From contig JALMLS010000106.1 of the NCBI GenBank assembly GCA_038496445.1, positions 1 to 37,255 of the forward strand: DNA of 37,255 bases. Direction: 5' to 3'. This DNA is from Trichosphaerium sp. ATCC 40318. Lineage: Eukaryota; Protista; Tubulinea. Of the stretch, positions 10,450 through 22,476 are shown in pieces (the stretch's first letter is position 1; each line of letters starts with the position of its first letter). The position numbers were made by a program, and so were the translations under genes. The notes under the pieces are model-generated. The model saw only the letters and a program-made list of their open reading frames with translations, ran no database searches and was not told the origin of the DNA.

Positions 10450-12813
10450 CTATACTGCAGCATATCCACCTCCTTCTGTTAGCTTACGCCTCTTAGATTT
10501 TGGAAAATATTCCTTAGCAGCAGCAGCATTAACAGCAGAACGTAAATGACCAGATAAAGTAACATTAAACTCTTCAGACTCAAGCATTTCGCCATAATTC
10601 TGCAGTATCCACCAAATACACCTTCCCTTTAATAGTTTAGAATGTAGCTTATCTGCACTCTCAAGCATAGTACAAACAGTATCCTTATCAATATTTTCAA
10701 GCATGAAAGCTTCACATAGATACTTAAGACGTTGTAAATCAAATCGATCAGCTGCAACAAAAAGCTCCAATACAGTATCTCCAGTAAGTTTAACAGTTCC
10801 TGTATATATAAATTCAAGCATCTTAGATAATACAGCAAATCTAATATCAGGAATACAAATTTCACTTTGTCCTTGTTCCTTCATACCTAATAACAAATCA
10901 AAAAATCAAAGGAAAAAAAACTCCAAAAAAAAAACATTCGGGAAGGGTTTACAACCCCAAAAACGAGTCTACTTCACCCACATAAATACAATGTCATATT
11001 GGAATACACTATGACGTATTTACGATACAAATAAACTTGTTTTTCAGGTGTGAATTTCAAGACAGATAAAAATTTTTGGATTAAAAACTTGTAAAGAAGA
11101 TGAGATCCGTACCTCCTGATAACATTGCTTTAAAGTATGTAGAACGTATGGAAAGTATACCACGATACACAAAAATCTTCTCATCGGAGTCGCTAGCCTT
11201 AAGGACTAAATCGGAGCACATTTCATTATTAAACATTCCCTTCATATCACTTTGTAAAGTAGAAGCATTTTGTGCAACACTTGTTCCTGGGGCGCGTATC
11301 CACAGAGCATTTTTAAGCGTTCCGGTGAAATCATTCTTAGTTATATCTTCAATATCAACACCAAATCCATTCTTCATTGGCCACCATCTAAACAGACCAT
11401 GTTAGAATAGTAAACGAAAAAAAAAAAAAAAATTCTTTTTGAGTCACTGCGCTCGAAGCCATTTTTTTTTTCACTGGAATAGTATTATTACAAATATTTA
11501 AACAATATTTGCGCCTAGTATACTATTGTTCACAAAGTCGATTTGTTCGAGAAGAAATCAAACAAAACAAAATTTACAATCCACTTTTCAACGCAAAGCC
11601 GAAGCCCCAGATTTCTTTACGGCCTCAGATTGGTACGTACCCAAGGAGACCTTCAGCATCTATAGGAGGCTTCTCATACATATATTTTTTAATATCTTCT
11701 TCTTTAAGGGCCCTATTCCATATACGAACATCGCTCATACTTGCACTCAAATACTCGCTTACTAGAAAAAAAAGATTCAGTACAATGGTTTTTTTTTCGA
11801 CTAGCTACTAATACAGAAAAACAAAAAACACTGATCCGAAATTCTTCAATAGAACATACTAGGGTCTCTAGGAGGATGTCGAGGAGGCTTCATTTCTACG
11901 AAGAAGGGTCGGACACAAGTTTAAAATATTACTCAGGCACACTAATGAGTGCTGTATTGGAAGAAAAAGGCTATTAAGACAAGATTTTTCTGAAACGAAA
12001 AAAAAAAAAAAGGAAACAAAAAAAAATTCAAAAATCATTTCAAACTTATTCAAATCCTTCGCTTTTGTGCTCTCTACCTCCGCAAAAATACGTCGGTACG
12101 TAAATAATTATTGTAGTGCGATTTTAGAGACAAGAAACCGAGAATTTGAAAAAAGCTTGAAATGATTTTTTTGATTTTTTTTTTTTTTGTTTTCGTTTCA
12201 GATCAGATGCAACTCTTATTGATGGCTGTACCCAGGTGTAAACCAAAGTGAAGGTCATTCTTCGTGCAATCAATAGGACCATGCATACTCGAAATAGATT
12301 TAACGCGTACGCCGTTAAGATAGAAGGAAAGGTTACTCTTGCTCTGGCTGTAAGTACAAGCGATATGCGCCCATCTCTAATAAAAAAACCGTTTATTAGC
12401 AACCCTACTGGTCCAAATTAGGTTTAAACGTTCTTACCTCAATTGGCACGCATTGTCTTGAGTTCTTCCATACCCAGCCAGGTCGTATGTTCTTCACAGC
12501 AACCAAAATGGCTGTTTTTTTGATTGCGAGTGCGAAACTCGACTTTTTTACGATCAAATACCCTGTACATAGTTTATGCATGTAAACCCATGTCTCTAGG
12601 GTCAATTCGCTCGAAACCGTCAAGTCGTCTGTATGCGGCACAACTACTTTGTCTTCTTTGTTACTAAAATCCAACGAGAAAACATTAGACAAGCCTAAAA
12701 GTCAACTGTTACAAACGCGCCAAAATCATTACTTTTTCACCAAACGTACTGCAACGTTTTGCATGTGTTCCAGCGATATCAAATTCGTCCCCAGAGTCGC
12801 CTGGCTGTTCCAT
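10450..12813 (-). CDS. LamG/ConA-like domain + BTB/POZ + BACK protein (putative CUL3 substrate adaptor)
   Basis: LamG motifs LTLETWVY, RWAHIACTY...FYLNG and SDVRIWNRALKEEDI. BTB motifs MFNNEMCSDLVL...ILSIRSTYFKAMLSG-GMKE...MLEFIYTG and LFVAADRFDLQRLKYLCE. C-terminal basic NLS-like PKSKRRKL. Probable ATG at 12813. Confidence 0.88.
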
Positions 12814-13037
12814 TATCTAGTTTTTTTGGTGTTTTCCGCCAATAGAGCTTCTGCTGCTATAAAATCGAGTACCAACGATGTTGTGCAACGTTTGGTACAA
12901 GAATCTCGTTTTGTAGAGTGGTTTAAGCCAAGATTGTGAAAAAATGTTCTTTGGGAGAAAAACTCGCAAAAGAAAAAATTGTGCCACCTACAGAAAAGTT
13001 GAACGAAACTTTGCTTTTGTTTCAGATCATCCAAAAC

Positions 13038-14924
13038 ATGAAGCTTCTCTTCCTACTTGCTACCATCGTCGTTGTAGCCTTGTGCGCCGTCGACCGCACT
13101 GGGGCACCTACATACAACCGTATGGATAACCATAAACTCGTTTCTGTGAGTATCTCTACCCAAGCCCAAATTGATGCTTTACAAAAACTTGAGGAACAAC
13201 GCCTTGTACGTACTCACACATCGCGCGTTTTGCGTTACGACCGTGGAAGATAATTTAGGCCACTCTAAGCTTTTTTTAATTAAATCACGTGGTTGTCATG
13301 TGACTTTATACGCACCGTTTCGCGTACACGCATTGAGAGTGTTAACTTTGGTTTTTTTTCTAAGGTTGATATTTGGTCCCACAGCTCCGCCATTACTTTT
13401 GGAAAAAATGAACTACACGTTGCTCCAGAAAACATGAAGTTTATTGAGTATCTTGGCGTAGGATATGATATTCTTCATGAGAATATCCAGGAGCTATTCG
13501 ACGAGGAACTTTCTTCGTACAAATACGGCAAGTAATGAACAAACTTTTTTTTTGATTGCCTCCCCATCTTATTGTATTATCTAGTGCCTTTCAATGCTTC
13601 TGCAGATGATTGGTTCACAGCATATCACAGATTTACCGAAACTTTGAACAGGTTCGAACTTTCCGTGTGCTCTTTTGGACTTGAACTAACTTTTTATGTT
13701 TTTCAACAGAAACCGAGGACTTGCCGGCAATTACGGACCAGCCTCATTGTCTTTCAATCTTCTTGGTAAAACCTACGAAGGTAGAGATTTGTTTGCCATG
13801 AAATTGAGCTCAGGTGGTAGCGGAAAGACAACTTTCTTCAACACAGTACATTTCCACTTTTTTCTTTCAAACCTGCTAAAGAATTTCTTTAGGCTGGTAT
13901 TCACGCACGTGAGTGGATTAGTCCGCAAACTCTTCAGTACATTATGGAGACTTTCGTAAGTACACCTTTAAGATTATTCAAAGAGAGCTAAATTACTTTA
14001 AGATCGAAAAATTGGAACAAGGTTCCGCAAGAGAACTCGCTCTTATAAATGTGCGTCGTCGGAGTTTTTATTCCTCCTATCTAACATTCCTTGTCAGAAA
14101 ATGGACTTCACCTTTATGCCTATGAGCAACCCAGATGGCTATGAATACTCTTGGACTAACACACGTCTTTGGAGAAAGAGCAGAGCTCCTACATCAAACC
14201 CATCTTGCCCTGGCACTGACCTGAACAGAAACTTTGGTACCTTTTTCCTTTCAACAACTTTTTTTTCTTATGTTTTTTTTCAGATTCCCACTGGGGTGAA
14301 GGTGGTAGTTCAACAAACCCTTGCTCTGATACGTACCGCGGTGGTCGTGTTGAATCCGAACTCGAGACACAAATTATCTCCAAGTACTTCAAGGACAATG
14401 TACGCTGAAACTAACTAGTGTTGTAGTATGTTTAGTTTAATTTTTGTTTAGCAACCTACTGGTTTTGGTATTGATTGGCATGCGTATTCTCAATTGATTC
14501 TTCGCCCATGGGGATGGGTACATACAACAAAAGAATAGACTCTACAACGTGGAACTAACATTCTGAAATAGACTAACACACTCCCTCCATGTAACACTAA
14601 GTGCCAAGCTACCGGCGAAAAAATGAGAAATGCTATTCGCGCTGTTGATGGAAAAGCATACACAAACCAACGCTCTATCCAATTATACCTTACAACTGGA
14701 ACTGCAAGTGATTTCTACTATGATTCTAGCACCCTACCAGCTACTGAGAGCCAAGGATTTACAATTGAGTTGAGACCTGCAAGTGCCTTCCCAGGTACGA
14801 ATTTTTATTTTTTTTTGATTATGGTGACCTCTTGTCTTTAGGTTTCCAATTACCTGCTTCTGAAATCCTAAAGACTGGTGAAGAGAACTACGCTGGTTTC
14901 TTGGAAGCAGCTGAGAGCGTATAA
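13038..14924 (+). CDS. Secreted zinc metallocarboxypeptidase (M14A, carboxypeptidase A/B-like) with propeptide
   Basis: Signal peptide [17 protein letters not shown]. Spliced motifs [23 protein letters not shown]...LWRKSR, DLNRNF, DWHAYSQ and FTIELRP. Stop at 14922-14924. Confidence 0.95.
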
Positions 14925-16075
14925 TATGTTTGCAGCAAGCAGAACCAATAAATTGACTTTTTAGCCTGTCTTCTTTATTTTTGATTTTACTGCCGTATTC
15001 ATAATACAACTCACATGTGACACTACTCGTTGCATGCGTAAGAATTTGAGCTCGTTGGTTCTAGGATTTGAGCCATTTCAAATCAAATCCTGGAGAGTGT
15101 TTTTTCCCTGACATTAAATATTTTACTACGTTGGGGATAGCTAAGTTTATTGACTAGATCCTTTTATGTGAAGATCCGCCATGGTGACGGTTTTCATGAT
15201 ATTTGGTGTGTCTTGTTCCATAAAAATACAAAATTGATGCATAAAAGTTTGCAACACAATACTACGAAACATCTGTAATGTTAAAACAACCTACTTCTAC
15301 TTTAAGTACCAGTTTGTTGGACTACTAACGTGGATTCTACCAACAATTCTAACAGCTGACCTCCATCATCTGTGATCCCAACTGCCAACCAGACAACCAT
15401 AGGATGGTATGGTAAACTGAAATTTACGTCAGAATTACAACATTTTGTTCTTTGACGTAAAAAAAATCATTAGAGTTCTGATACTAACTACTACTCTTCT
15501 ATCAACTAACCAAAGGGACTCAACTTAGACGATGTTTGGTAGGAAGACAAAATGTCTTGTGGCTCTAGCGCAGCGCCAAGCATTTGTTATCTATTATACA
15601 AGAAACACTTGGAAAATAAAAGAAAGTTTTACAGGTTTTTAAACAAATTGAAAAGGAAATTTTTGGGTGGGATGTGGGTGATTGCCGCTCGCCATGTTCT
15701 TGTACACGTTGTGGGCGTTTGTAGTTGATTTATGAGTCATACCAAGTCTTACCCAAACGTCTGTAACGGAGAAAACACGTGTACAGCCATTGTAAAAAAA
15801 ATAGTCTGGAAAATCTGCTTCTTGTTTTTTTGATGTTATATATTCGCCTTAACAACTTTGAAGGCGGTTTTCGTGCAGCGGATTGGGAGAAAAAATCCAC
15901 TGTGTATACTCTTAGTTCAAGGTCTTCTGACTGTAACAATAGAAACTACTATGTTGTCATGAAAGTGACTTGAAGGGACATTAAGCTAACTTTTTTTCGG
16001 TCTGGACACGTGTACTATTAGTATTTCACGCTATCCTCCAAAACTAACCCAAAAGCGCCCGATAAGGAATATACT

Positions 16076-17699
16076 ATGCATAGGCGCTGTAAAATCAATA
16101 TGGCTTTATTGTTAGCGGTTTACGTCACTGTACATTACTTGATATTAACGCGATACGATACACACCGCGTGGAGACGCCCGGGATTATCGCTAGTAATTA
16201 TATTAGGCCAACTGAAAGCAAGGGATTCTGTGATATGTTTCCTAGAGGCTACAGAGTTAATTATACAGCTCTAACGGCAAAGGAGCAACTGGAAAGGACG
16301 TTGATCATTTTTAAGAACTACGAGAAAGCACATGACTTGAAACTATCTCGTAAGTGTTCTTTGTGGTTGAAACCACTTGTTGATAGCGCTAAAAAGAAAT
16401 GGATGCTTTATGTTGGCGCAAATGAAAATTTAGCCTTCTTGACACGTGACGAAGAGAGAATTGCAGCGATAGATAAGATTGCCGACTTTACTTTTGGCCG
16501 TCGATCTAATTACAGCATGATCAATCATGAGTGTGTCAAACCAAGTCTTACGCTTAATATCAGTAAAGAAAATAGGTTCATAAACACGTTCATAGCTGTT
16601 GGTGGTAGAACAGAGTGCGCAGAAGCCTTAAAAAAAAGTTGTTTTTACCTGACGGATTGTTTTTTTAGGAATTTAAAGTTCACGCTACAGTCACTCCATG
16701 AAGCGGTTGTTTTTTCTAACATGTCGTCGGAAATACATGTAACTGTGTTAGAATTTGGTATTAAAACAACTGAGGATCTTGTTATGTCAGGTGAGTGGAG
16801 TTTCAAAACAAGTTATATTCATGTACCGAATTGGGTTTCTACACTTTGGGGTTGCAGTACATATTTCCCTACAAGCCTTGCTCATAATCTTGGATTTCTA
16901 CTTACGCAAGAAGCTGAATGGAATATGTTCTTAGTATCGGATTTCGCAATACCAAGAGAGTTCTTTGATATCGCTAGGCTCAGAGACCAGGAACATGATT
17001 TTTTTAATCCTTACAATAGCACGTTTCAGTTTTGAACTTGACAGTTGTAAACTAATGTGTATTTTCCAGGAGCTGTGTTTCTGGGAGAAAAGAAAGCTAA
17101 GAAGTTTCATGAGAACTGGAAAAAGAAAGGATATATTGCTAGGTATACTATTAAAAGAGGAAGACAGTTTAAAAATCCAACAGGTTAATTTTTTCTTCTA
17201 AATACTCACTACGCATTACCCACAGCTAAAAGTGGCTATTTGTAGGAGGTATAATCTTTGTGAAATCTAAGGCTTTTAAAGCTGTTGGTGGGTACGACCC
17301 AGAGATGTTTTGTGGTTGGGCACCAGAAGACCATACGTTTCTATACAAGCTAGCACGTTACTATGAAATGTTACCTAAAAAAACACCTCGGGAGAAGCAA
17401 AGTATGTCAGTTAATTTTTTCAGTTAATCACGTGTTAATAGAAAGTGACTTTTGGGTTTTAGTATAAAGAGTATATTCTAATGATTTCTGTCTTAGGAAT
17501 TGTTCACTTGCCTCATAACAATACAGAAGGCAAATTTTTTTATATCGCTTTTGGTGTATTTATTTCTGAACAAATGATCAACTTAACAACACTTCAAGTT
17601 CATAACTACTTGGATTACAAGCGGAAATTGCTGACATTAGATGATTTACCTGATAGAAATCATACTTACGTTCGGACAAAGTCTGGTGTATGTATGTAA
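16076..17699 (+). CDS. Type II membrane glycosyltransferase (GT-A fold, Glyco_transf_7C-like C-terminus)
   Basis: N-terminal signal-anchor MALLLAVYVTVHYLIL. SLAHNLG...MFLVSDFAIP region. Downstream exon GGIIFVKSKAFKAVGGYDPEMFCGWAPED matches the GGxDxxFxGWGxED motif. Confidence 0.75.
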
Positions 17700-18708
17700 A
17701 ATAAAAAAACCAGAAAAACGTGATTCAAAAGGTAAAAATTTGTTAGTAGAAAGTTGCTTCTTGTTTTTTTCTTTTGTTTTCCAATGGACTAAGCATTGTA
17801 ACAACGGGTAAACTTGTAATCTTGATGAATGAAGCAAGTGGGGACCCGCATTTTATCATGTAACAGTTGCATAATGTAGTTGACGGTTGAAATAGCCACC
17901 TCATTAATTTCAAGCAAGCTCAAGGTAAACGTTTGTTTCACTAATTAATAGCGTTTGTATCACTTTAAAGATAGTAAAACCGTGCAATAAAGTGCAAAAT
18001 TTGAAAAAAATTTTAAAATGTCTTGTTTCAATTCAATCAATCACAGGAGGCGGCAAACGGGTTTGTTTTGCTTGGTGTTATATGTGTTTAAAGCTTGAAC
18101 ATGTTTGTGGAGCTACTATAATTCTGTTCTCAGTGCTTCTCACTTTTATGTATTGGCGTTTGTCCTTTCAATGTAAGCTAGCTTGAAGGGCAGTTTTTGA
18201 GGTATCATTTGTTCTTAGAGTGATTTATGACGTATAACGGTGCATGCGTTTCGTCATCTCATGGAGCCATTTAGAGCCTAAATGCAGTTTTTCTCACTAC
18301 TACATCATAAAGGCAGTCTTGAGTGCGTTTAACAGTGCCAATTTTTATAACTTATTTTTTTATTGTTGATACTGAATACCGTAGCACTCACTTTATTCGA
18401 GTATTACTTACAAGATAATATTACATCGGGGAAAAAAATAACCCTTACCAGCTTGCTCAATCAAGCTCCGACATTTCCCACAAATTTTGGAGGGCCACGT
18501 ACCAGTGTTGTAAGAGATAATCAAATGAAAACCATAAATAAAAAGATAAAAGCAACAGACTAAATAGTGAAACGGAAGTACTGTACTAGCATGTAGTTTG
18601 TTTGAACCGGTTCCTTTAAAGAAACGGCTTGTGCTTTGTGTACAATGAATCACGTGAAAAAATTACCTTATTTTATCTGATATATACCGCGTGCTACAAC
18701 ACCACTTG

Positions 18709-21700
18709 ATGTCTGAAGAAAACAGTACTGAAGCAGCTTTGACCTTAGAAGGTAGGCAACAAGAAACGTGATATTTTCACGAGCTGTATTTAACAGTTCA
18801 TGTAGGCGAATTGGCAATTCTTCACAGACGATACAAGAGTATTAAAACAGGTCCGCTTTCTCTTACCATGGTTTTTTATGTTGTTAAGATAATCTGTAGT
18901 AAAGGACCTAAATAGCATATTGTTTAACAAACAGTCAGTTGACAAAATTCTATTACATGCAGGTATATTCGACATTAACAAATTTATACCTAAACACAAA
19001 CAAATGTAAACTGGATTTTAGCACAGCATGGTCTGGCTATTATTACAACAATGTGTATACATAAGGGTGCGAACCTTGAATATACAAACAGCTATGGCTG
19101 GACAGCTCTCTATTTTACAGGTAACGTAGTCAGTGGACACTTTTTTTAACTTGTATCTCTAGCGCGTTATGGACACAGCAAAGTTTCTCAAATCTTACTT
19201 AGTTCAAACGCAGATATCGAAGCAAAAGATAAGAATGGATGTACAGCTCTCCATCGTGCAGGTACCTTAGTTTCAATTTACAATTGCGTTTACTATACCT
19301 TTAGCACGTCATGGACACAGTAAAGTTGTTGAACTATTGCTTCATTCAAATGCAGATATCGAAGCAAAAGATAAGTATGGATGGACAGCTCTCCATCGTG
19401 CAGGTGTGAGGTTTTACTCAATTGCAATTTGTACTTCTAGATATGATAGATGTAACTCACACTTCCTAGCACGTGAAGGGTATAGCAAAGTTGTTAAAAT
19501 ACTACTTGGTTCCAAAGCAGATATAGAAGCAACAGATAACAATGGATATACAACTCTCCATCATGCAGGTACCGTGTTGTTGTCGTTACACGTTTGTTGA
19601 AACTGTAACTCTAGCACGTCATGGATATAGTACAGTTATTGAAATACTACTTGGATTAAGTACAAATATTGAAGCAAAAGATAATTATGGCTACACAGTT
19701 CTCAATCGTGCAGGTACATTGTTGTAAAAGTATAATTGCTATAACGGCTCTAGCTCGTCATGGGCACAGTACAGTTGTTGAATTATTACTTGAATCAAAT
19801 GCAGATATAGAAGCAAAAGATAATAATGGGTATACAGCTCTCCTTAGTGCAGGTCCTTTACTGTGTTCAGTACATACTTGTTGTAACTTATACTTCTAGC
19901 GCGTCATGGGCACTGTGCGGTAGTTGAAATATTACTTCGGGCAAATGCAGATATTGAAGCGAAAGATAAAGACGGATTTACAGCTCTCTGTCGTGCAGGT
20001 ACCATAGTTGTAAAATTGCTTTAACTGTATGTCTAGCACACAATGGACATAGTCAAGTTGTTGAATTACTGCTTGGTTCAAACGCAGATATTGAAATAAA
20101 GTCTACCAATGGATGGACAGTTCTCCATCATGCAGGTACTTACTTGTTGTCATTATACAGTTGTAACTTGTACCAATAGCGCGTCAAGGACACAATAAAG
20201 TTGTTAAAGTACTACTTGGAGCAAGTGCAGATATTGAAACAACAGACAAAGATGGATGGACAGCTCTACATTGTGCAGGTACTTAGTCGTTGTCATTGCA
20301 CCTTCATAACTTTTCTTAGCATACTGTGGCCATAATTCTGTTCTTGTTACTTTACTGAAAATGAGTAAAGCCGTATCACTATCTACTGATACATGGCAAC
20401 AGATATTTAATAAGATACTAATGGGTGTCGTTGACAACGATTCCTCATTTATTTCTGTGTTTGAAACTGTGTTGAGCTTATTCCCAAATGGTAAGCAATC
20501 ACGAAAACTATGGCTATCTTGTGATTCAATGGACAAAAGGCCACAATGGAGACTCAATCTTGCAAAATGGCTGCAATACTTAGTACATACATACCCTTTT
20601 CAAAGAATTTACATTGTATGCTAATTGTTATCACAACAGCCAACACGATCTTATTTTAAACTTGCATTACAAAAAGGGATTTGTTATTTAATCTGTACAT
20701 ATGATCGCATAGTTGTACAATCTTCGGTACGACCACTATATCTTCATTCTGTGATATTCAACAAATAACATAGTTGTTTTTTCAGAGTTTTTGGATTGAG
20801 TATGGAGAAGTAATGGAAGGCATACTATTCGACTTACCTGAAGATATGTGGATCAATCCAAAACAAACCAGCTGCATTAAGATATGTAAAAAAGAAGGAT
20901 GGTGTACAAACTCACTTACAATATCCAAACAAGATGGTACGTTATAATATTAACAATGCAATTTCTTTTAACTTGCTAATCAAGTTTGGGTGTGCTATGT
21001 GTGTAATGGATTGTATTTGTGCGAGTATTGCGCTAGGAAACATATCTCTAATCATGTACTTTTTGTACTAGTGTTGGTTATTAACATGTTGTATAGAAAC
21101 TAACAAAACTGTCAAATACTATTTATGTGTGTCAGTGCAAAGATTGTAAACATGCCATTAATCCTACCTCTGTAAATCTTGTACTAGGCAACACATCTGC
21201 GGGTACTTACAAGTGATGGCAAAACACTAACACACTCAAAGGATTGAAAAGTGAAACCTTGTGGGACTTAAATCCAAGATTACAGAATGCTCACTACTGG
21301 GATAGGTCTTACAATAAGTCAGTATTCTTTCACAATTATTTGTCTAACTTTTATTATAAGGGGCATCGACGAAAAAGCAACGTTGAATCTGTTTGATGAC
21401 AACACTGTCGCCAAGAGAGAACTTGAGTTTCTTCATCAACAACTGTCAAAAATGCCTGGATACAATCGAGTCACTGTTGTAGAAGCACTTCTTGTATGCA
21501 ATGATGTTTTGACTCATAACTTTGGAATGTACAATACAATAGTGAAACACAGACATCAGTACGTTTATCAACAAATTTATATTAACTCAACAATAACAGC
21601 TACGTTAAAATACTTCTTTCTACTTAACACCAATAGCTTACTACTCTATAGAGAACTTTCAAAGTTATTTTGTAAAGACGAATGGCAGCAAGACAGTCAT

Positions 21701-22476
21701 AAGAGAGCTGTAGCTGCAAGGTTTGAAGCTTTGATCAATGATAACAGCCCAAGTACAAACACTTTAGAACAGGTAATGACACTCACCATAAAACATTGTG
21801 CAATAAATCTTCTCACACGTTTTCAGTCACCAGTTTTATTGATGGTTCATGGTACATCTCCTGAAGCCGCTTTGAGTATTGTAAAAGCTGGATTTGGTAC
21901 TGTGAGTTCTTTAGATGGCGGGTATTATGGTCAAGGCATCTACTTTACTGTATGCGATACTCATATCTCTGTTGTTAACTTATCCTATATTTTAGAGTAG
22001 CCTTGAATATGCTTGCTCATATGATACATCAGGCCAAGGAGAAACAACACTCGTTTTGAGTCTGGTCACTCCTGGAAATATTTTTCCTGTACGCCAACAC
22101 CAACATACCTTATCTTTGTATTTTTTACAACAGCAAGGTTACAGAAAAGCCTACTGATAATTTTAACTATTATGGTAAACCAATAAAACCAGGATACCAG
22201 AGTCATTACACACTTGTAGACAAGAAAGGAATTGCAGTTGCCGAAGACAAAGTCAATAAGGCAGTGCATGACGAGTTGGTTGTGGCACAAGGTATTACAA
22301 AAAAGTTGAGTACAATACAAAGTACTAACATTCTCATGTTAGATGCCCAAGCTGTACCACGATACATAATTAAAGTTGTAAAACAACCAAGGAAACGTAA
22401 TTCAACCAAATCAAAAAAGAGTAAACCAAACAAAAAAACAACCAATACAAAAAACGTTGCCGATGATGAGTGCTAA
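18709..22476 (+). CDS. Ankyrin / UBR-box-like zinc finger / PARP-type ADP-ribosyltransferase, copy B (9 ankyrin exons; C-terminal tail truncated by frameshift)
   Basis: ATG at 18709 ([14 protein letters not shown]). Nine 99-nt ankyrin exons at 19022-20278. Zinc finger [21 protein letters not shown]...CQCKDC. PARP motifs [33 protein letters not shown] and DELVVAQ. Stop at 22474-22476; a vestigial coiled-coil exon runs to 22818. Confidence 0.88.
19022..20278 (+). repeat. Array of 9 one-ankyrin-per-exon cassettes (copy B)
   Basis: Exons 19022-19120, 19163-19261, 19305-19403, 19470-19568, 19615-19713, 19754-19852, 19900-19998, 20037-20135 and 20180-20278 are each 99 nt and phase 1-1. Confidence 0.93.

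Noticed and set aside
15300-15620. Exon-like fragments with branch-point/acceptor signals (actaac...ctaacag)
   Set aside because: I could not assemble an open, recognisable reading frame; it may be a decayed or tiny gene but is unsupported.
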